DNA from: Bacteriovoracia bacterium
GTDB taxonomy: Bacteria; Bdellovibrionota; Bacteriovoracia; Bacteriovoracales; Bacteriovoracaceae
Length of the DNA stretch: 18,320 bases
Direction of reading: 5' to 3'
NCBI GenBank assembly: GCA_046570105.1
Contig: JBKHVI010000050.1
Span: 1-18,320 of the forward strand
Position numbers and translations under genes: made by a program. Position 1 is the stretch's first letter. Every line of letters begins with the position of its first letter. The notes under the pieces were generated by a model. The model did not search any database and was not told the DNA's origin. It worked only from the letters and a program-made list of their open reading frames with translations. Positions 16,042-18,320 of this stretch are shown here, piece after piece.

Positions 16042-16634
16042 AAGCTCTTTCTATTTTCTAAGGCCTTTCCAATTGTCATGGGATCGAGATACTCGAGACT
16101 CCCACCAATAGGCATACCAAAACCAATTCTTTCGGCAGCAATATCTGCGGGCAGAATATGTTTGATATAAGCACAAGTTGCATCACCTTCGACGCTTGGA
16201 TTGAGTGCCAAAATGACCGTTTGAATTCCATCTTTCTTAACCAATTCGCTAATACGAGTTAGGCGTAACTGATCTGGGCCCACACCGAGCAATGGATTAA
16301 GAACACCACCCAACACGAGAAAGCGGCCCTTATACTGACCACTCTTTTCAATGGCGAGTAAATCAGAAACTTGTTCAACAACACAGAGAGCCTGGCTCTC
16401 AATTCGGCGTGGATCCTGGCAAATGGAACAAGTAAATTCTTCTGTCCACATGCCACATGAATTACATTCTTTAAGATCAGCAAGACCACCAGTCGCTTGA
16501 GCAAACTTCAAGAGCTCATCTGAGCGCCAGTTTGTCATAGCAGTAACCATGCGTAGAGCCGACTTCTCACCGACACCGGGAAGACGGCCTAACGCTGTTA
16601 CGGCATTTTTTACGACTGAAGGTAGTTCAATCAT
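16038..16634 (-). CDS. recR: Recombination mediator RecR
   Basis: HhH LPGVGEKSA, C4 zinc finger CNSC...CSIC, CVVE, TOPRIM NPSVEGDAT, G.LEYLD. Confidence 0.97.
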   Translation of the reverse strand: MIELPSVVKNAVTALGRLPGVGEKSALRMVTAMTNWRSDELLKFAQATGGLADLKECNSCGMWTEEFTCSICQDPRRIESQALCVVEQVSDLLAIEKSGQYKGRFLVLGGVLNPLLGVGPDQLRLTRISELVKKDGIQTVILALNPSVEGDATCAYIKHILPADIAAERIGFGMPIGGSLEYLDPMTIGKALENRKSF

Positions 16635-16942
16635 TAAAACATTCCTGGAAGATTCATGCCGCCAGTGATTTTCGACATGGCACTTGTCACCATCTCTTGA
16701 GATTGCTTCATCGCTTGATTAACTGCGGTGAAGACTAATTCTTCAAGAGTTTCAACATCATTGGGATCAACAGCTTCTTTAGAGATTTTAATTGAGAGAA
16801 GCTCTTGTTTACCGTTAACTTTAACCTTAACGGCGCCACCGCCAGCCGAAGCTTCTACTTCTCGAGTAGCGAGTTCATTTTGTAACGTCGCCATCTTGGC
16901 CTGCATTTGCTGGGCTTGCTTCATCATTTGACTAATATTCAT
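16634..16942 (-). CDS. ybaB: YbaB/EbfC nucleoid-associated protein
   Basis: MMKQAQQMQ, AGGGAVKV, VDPNDVETLEELV, ITGGMNLPG; between dnaX and recR. Confidence 0.96.
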   Translation of the reverse strand: MNISQMMKQAQQMQAKMATLQNELATREVEASAGGGAVKVKVNGKQELLSIKISKEAVDPNDVETLEELVFTAVNQAMKQSQEMVTSAMSKITGGMNLPGMF

Positions 16943-18320
16943 AGTTTTGAATCCTTGAGAATAACTTTGTCCACTTTTGCATTGAAGAGGCGCTCGGCCT
17001 CTTTAACAAAAGGATCGTTTAATATTTTATCGCGACGGCTTTCTACCTCTTGAACTTGGCGACTTACTTCTCGGTCATTATAAGTCGTAAACCCCTGCTC
17101 CTTTGCCTCTTCACTACTCACAGCATGAAGATTGAGCTTCAGCTTTGTTTCTTCAACGCCATAAAACCTAGCAACGAGAGAGCGAAACTTTGGGGAAACC
17201 TCTGGATCTTGCAAATAATCAATCGGCATTCCTTCATCGGCATGAAAGCCAAATGTAAGATGGAGTACATCTTCAACAAACTTAGGCTTCTCTAAGAAGT
17301 CACTTAGTTCGAGATTGGCACGAATCGTAGGTGCGTTTTCTAATGATGCAATCAAATCACTGACCTTATCATTTAGAGTTTTTTTTTCAGCAACTGGCTT
17401 AGGCGCCACTGTCATTGGCTTAACAGCATCATGTCGTATAACACTTGCGTCAGGTCTTAAAATCTGACGACGACGGGCCAACTTTTGAATCACGAGGTCG
17501 ACTACTTTCTCCGGTGACGGACTCTGAAGCGCCCACTGACAATCTTTAGTAAAGGTTTCATAAATCCAGAAAAGCTCACCGTACGTCACTCCTTCTAGAG
17601 CATTGTTCGGTAGTAAGCCCTGTGCATAAATTTCTTTTGGGAAATCTATGTTCTGAACGATCACATAGAATGAATCAAGTAGCTGATCAATGAGTCGTTT
17701 AAGATCAATATTTTCGTGCAGCAGATTTTGGTATGTTTTAGAAGCTTCCAAAGGCTTCTCAGATAAGACATTTCCAATGAGTTCACTAAGGGCACCCGTT
17801 CTTGCCAAACCTAATGATTGGAAGAAAGTCGCTTCATCTATGGCCTGTCCACCAGCAAGACTAAGAACTTGATCAAAAAGTGACAGCATGTCACGAACAG
17901 AACCGCGGCCGTATTCAGCTAATTTTTTTATTAATTGAGGATCACTAAAAGTGATTCCCTCTTTCGTGGCAACATATTGAGCATGTTGAGCCAATACTTC
18001 ATTGGTAACATTTTTAAAATCAAAACGCTGACAACGAGAAATAACTGTTCCCAAAAGCTTATGAGCATCTGTCGTTGCAAAGATAAAAAGTGCGTGTGCA
18101 GGTGGCTCTTCGAGAGTTTTCAATAGAGCATTAAATGCTGCATTTGAAAGCATGTGGACTTCATCAATAACATAGAGTTTGTGTGTTCCACGCGCTGGGA
18201 GATAGCGAACGTTCTCAATGAGCTCACGGATATTATCAACGCTATTATTAGAGGCTCCGTCGATTTCTAAATAATCAAGGGAATGACCATGATCGATATC
18301 TTTGCATGAAACGCAAACAC
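16939..18320 (-). CDS. dnaX: DNA polymerase III subunit tau/gamma, 5' end outside the window
   Basis: The frame stays open upstream of 18153 to the window edge: VCVSC...LEIDGASNNSVDNIR...VIDEVHMLS, then FNALLKTLEEPP, ISRCQ, GSVRD; C-terminal DPFVKEAERLFNA. Confidence 0.97.
   Translation of the reverse strand, partial: VCVSCKDIDHGHSLDYLEIDGASNNSVDNIRELIENVRYLPARGTHKLYVIDEVHMLSNAAFNALLKTLEEPPAHALFIFATTDAHKLLGTVISRCQRFDFKNVTNEVLAQHAQYVATKEGITFSDPQLIKKLAEYGRGSVRDMLSLFDQVLSLAGGQAIDEATFFQSLGLARTGALSELIGNVLSEKPLEASKTYQNLLHENIDLKRLIDQLLDSFYVIVQNIDFPKEIYAQGLLPNNALEGVTYGELFWIYETFTKDCQWALQSPSPEKVVDLVIQKLARRRQILRPDASVIRHDAVKPMTVAPKPVAEKKTLNDKVSDLIASLENAPTIRANLELSDFLEKPKFVEDVLHLTFGFHADEGMPIDYLQDPEVSPKFRSLVARFYGVEETKLKLNLHAVSSEEAKEQGFTTYNDREVSRQVQEVESRRDKILNDPFVKEAERLFNAKVDKVILKDSKL
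17379..17387 (-). other. A9 slippery run in dnaX, candidate tau/gamma recoding site
   Basis: GCT GAA AAA AAA ACT CTA AAT GAT; alternative-frame stops TAA (17373-17375) and TGA (17369-17371). Confidence 0.65.

Noticed and set aside
2209..16504. Short alternative-frame minus-strand ORFs (2209..2460, 5110..5361, 8283..8501, 12113..12313, 16259..16504)
   Set aside because: Nested in conserved genes, with no protein-like features.
9..18126. Short plus-strand ORFs of 60-95 aa (e.g. 9..278, 2165..2440, 6727..6969, 12189..12476, 17050..17295)
   Set aside because: All are antisense to well-supported genes and show no recognisable motifs.
18151..18153. ORF-track start of dnaX at 18153
   Set aside because: This is the internal Met after the Walker B motif DEVH; the frame is open to the window edge.
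1..18320. Mobile elements, CRISPR arrays, tRNA/rRNA genes, defence systems
   Set aside because: The window is almost entirely coding, the largest gap is 51 nt, and no such repeats or genes were seen.

Overview
All real genes in this 18.3-kb window (about 40% GC by eye) lie on the minus strand and form one tightly packed run of 19 genes: dnaX (5'-truncated), ybaB, recR, mglB, mglA, dksA, mtnP, rsmH, ftsL, ftsI, murE, murF, mraY, murD-like, ftsW, murG, murC, murB and an ftsQ-like gene (3'-truncated). The dnaX-ybaB-recR-mglBA order with a divergent MglB suggests a predatory Bdellovibrionota, probably Bacteriovoracia-like (inference). No mobile elements, RNA genes or CRISPR arrays were seen. Main points of interest: (1) the gene in the murD slot is full length but has lost most catalytic and D-Glu-binding residues, so it may be a repurposed pseudo-ligase; (2) hairpins sit on the translation-start regions of ftsI, ftsW and mraY, and the ftsI one carries an exact CsrA/Rsm consensus loop; (3) dnaX has an A9 run with immediate stops in both alternative frames, a candidate tau/gamma recoding site; (4) the FtsQ-like protein appears to have a cleavable signal peptide instead of a membrane anchor; (5) mraZ and ddl are absent from their usual positions, and the dcw cluster is fused to replication, polarity and stringent-response genes. 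Residue comparisons were made by eye against recalled reference motifs.
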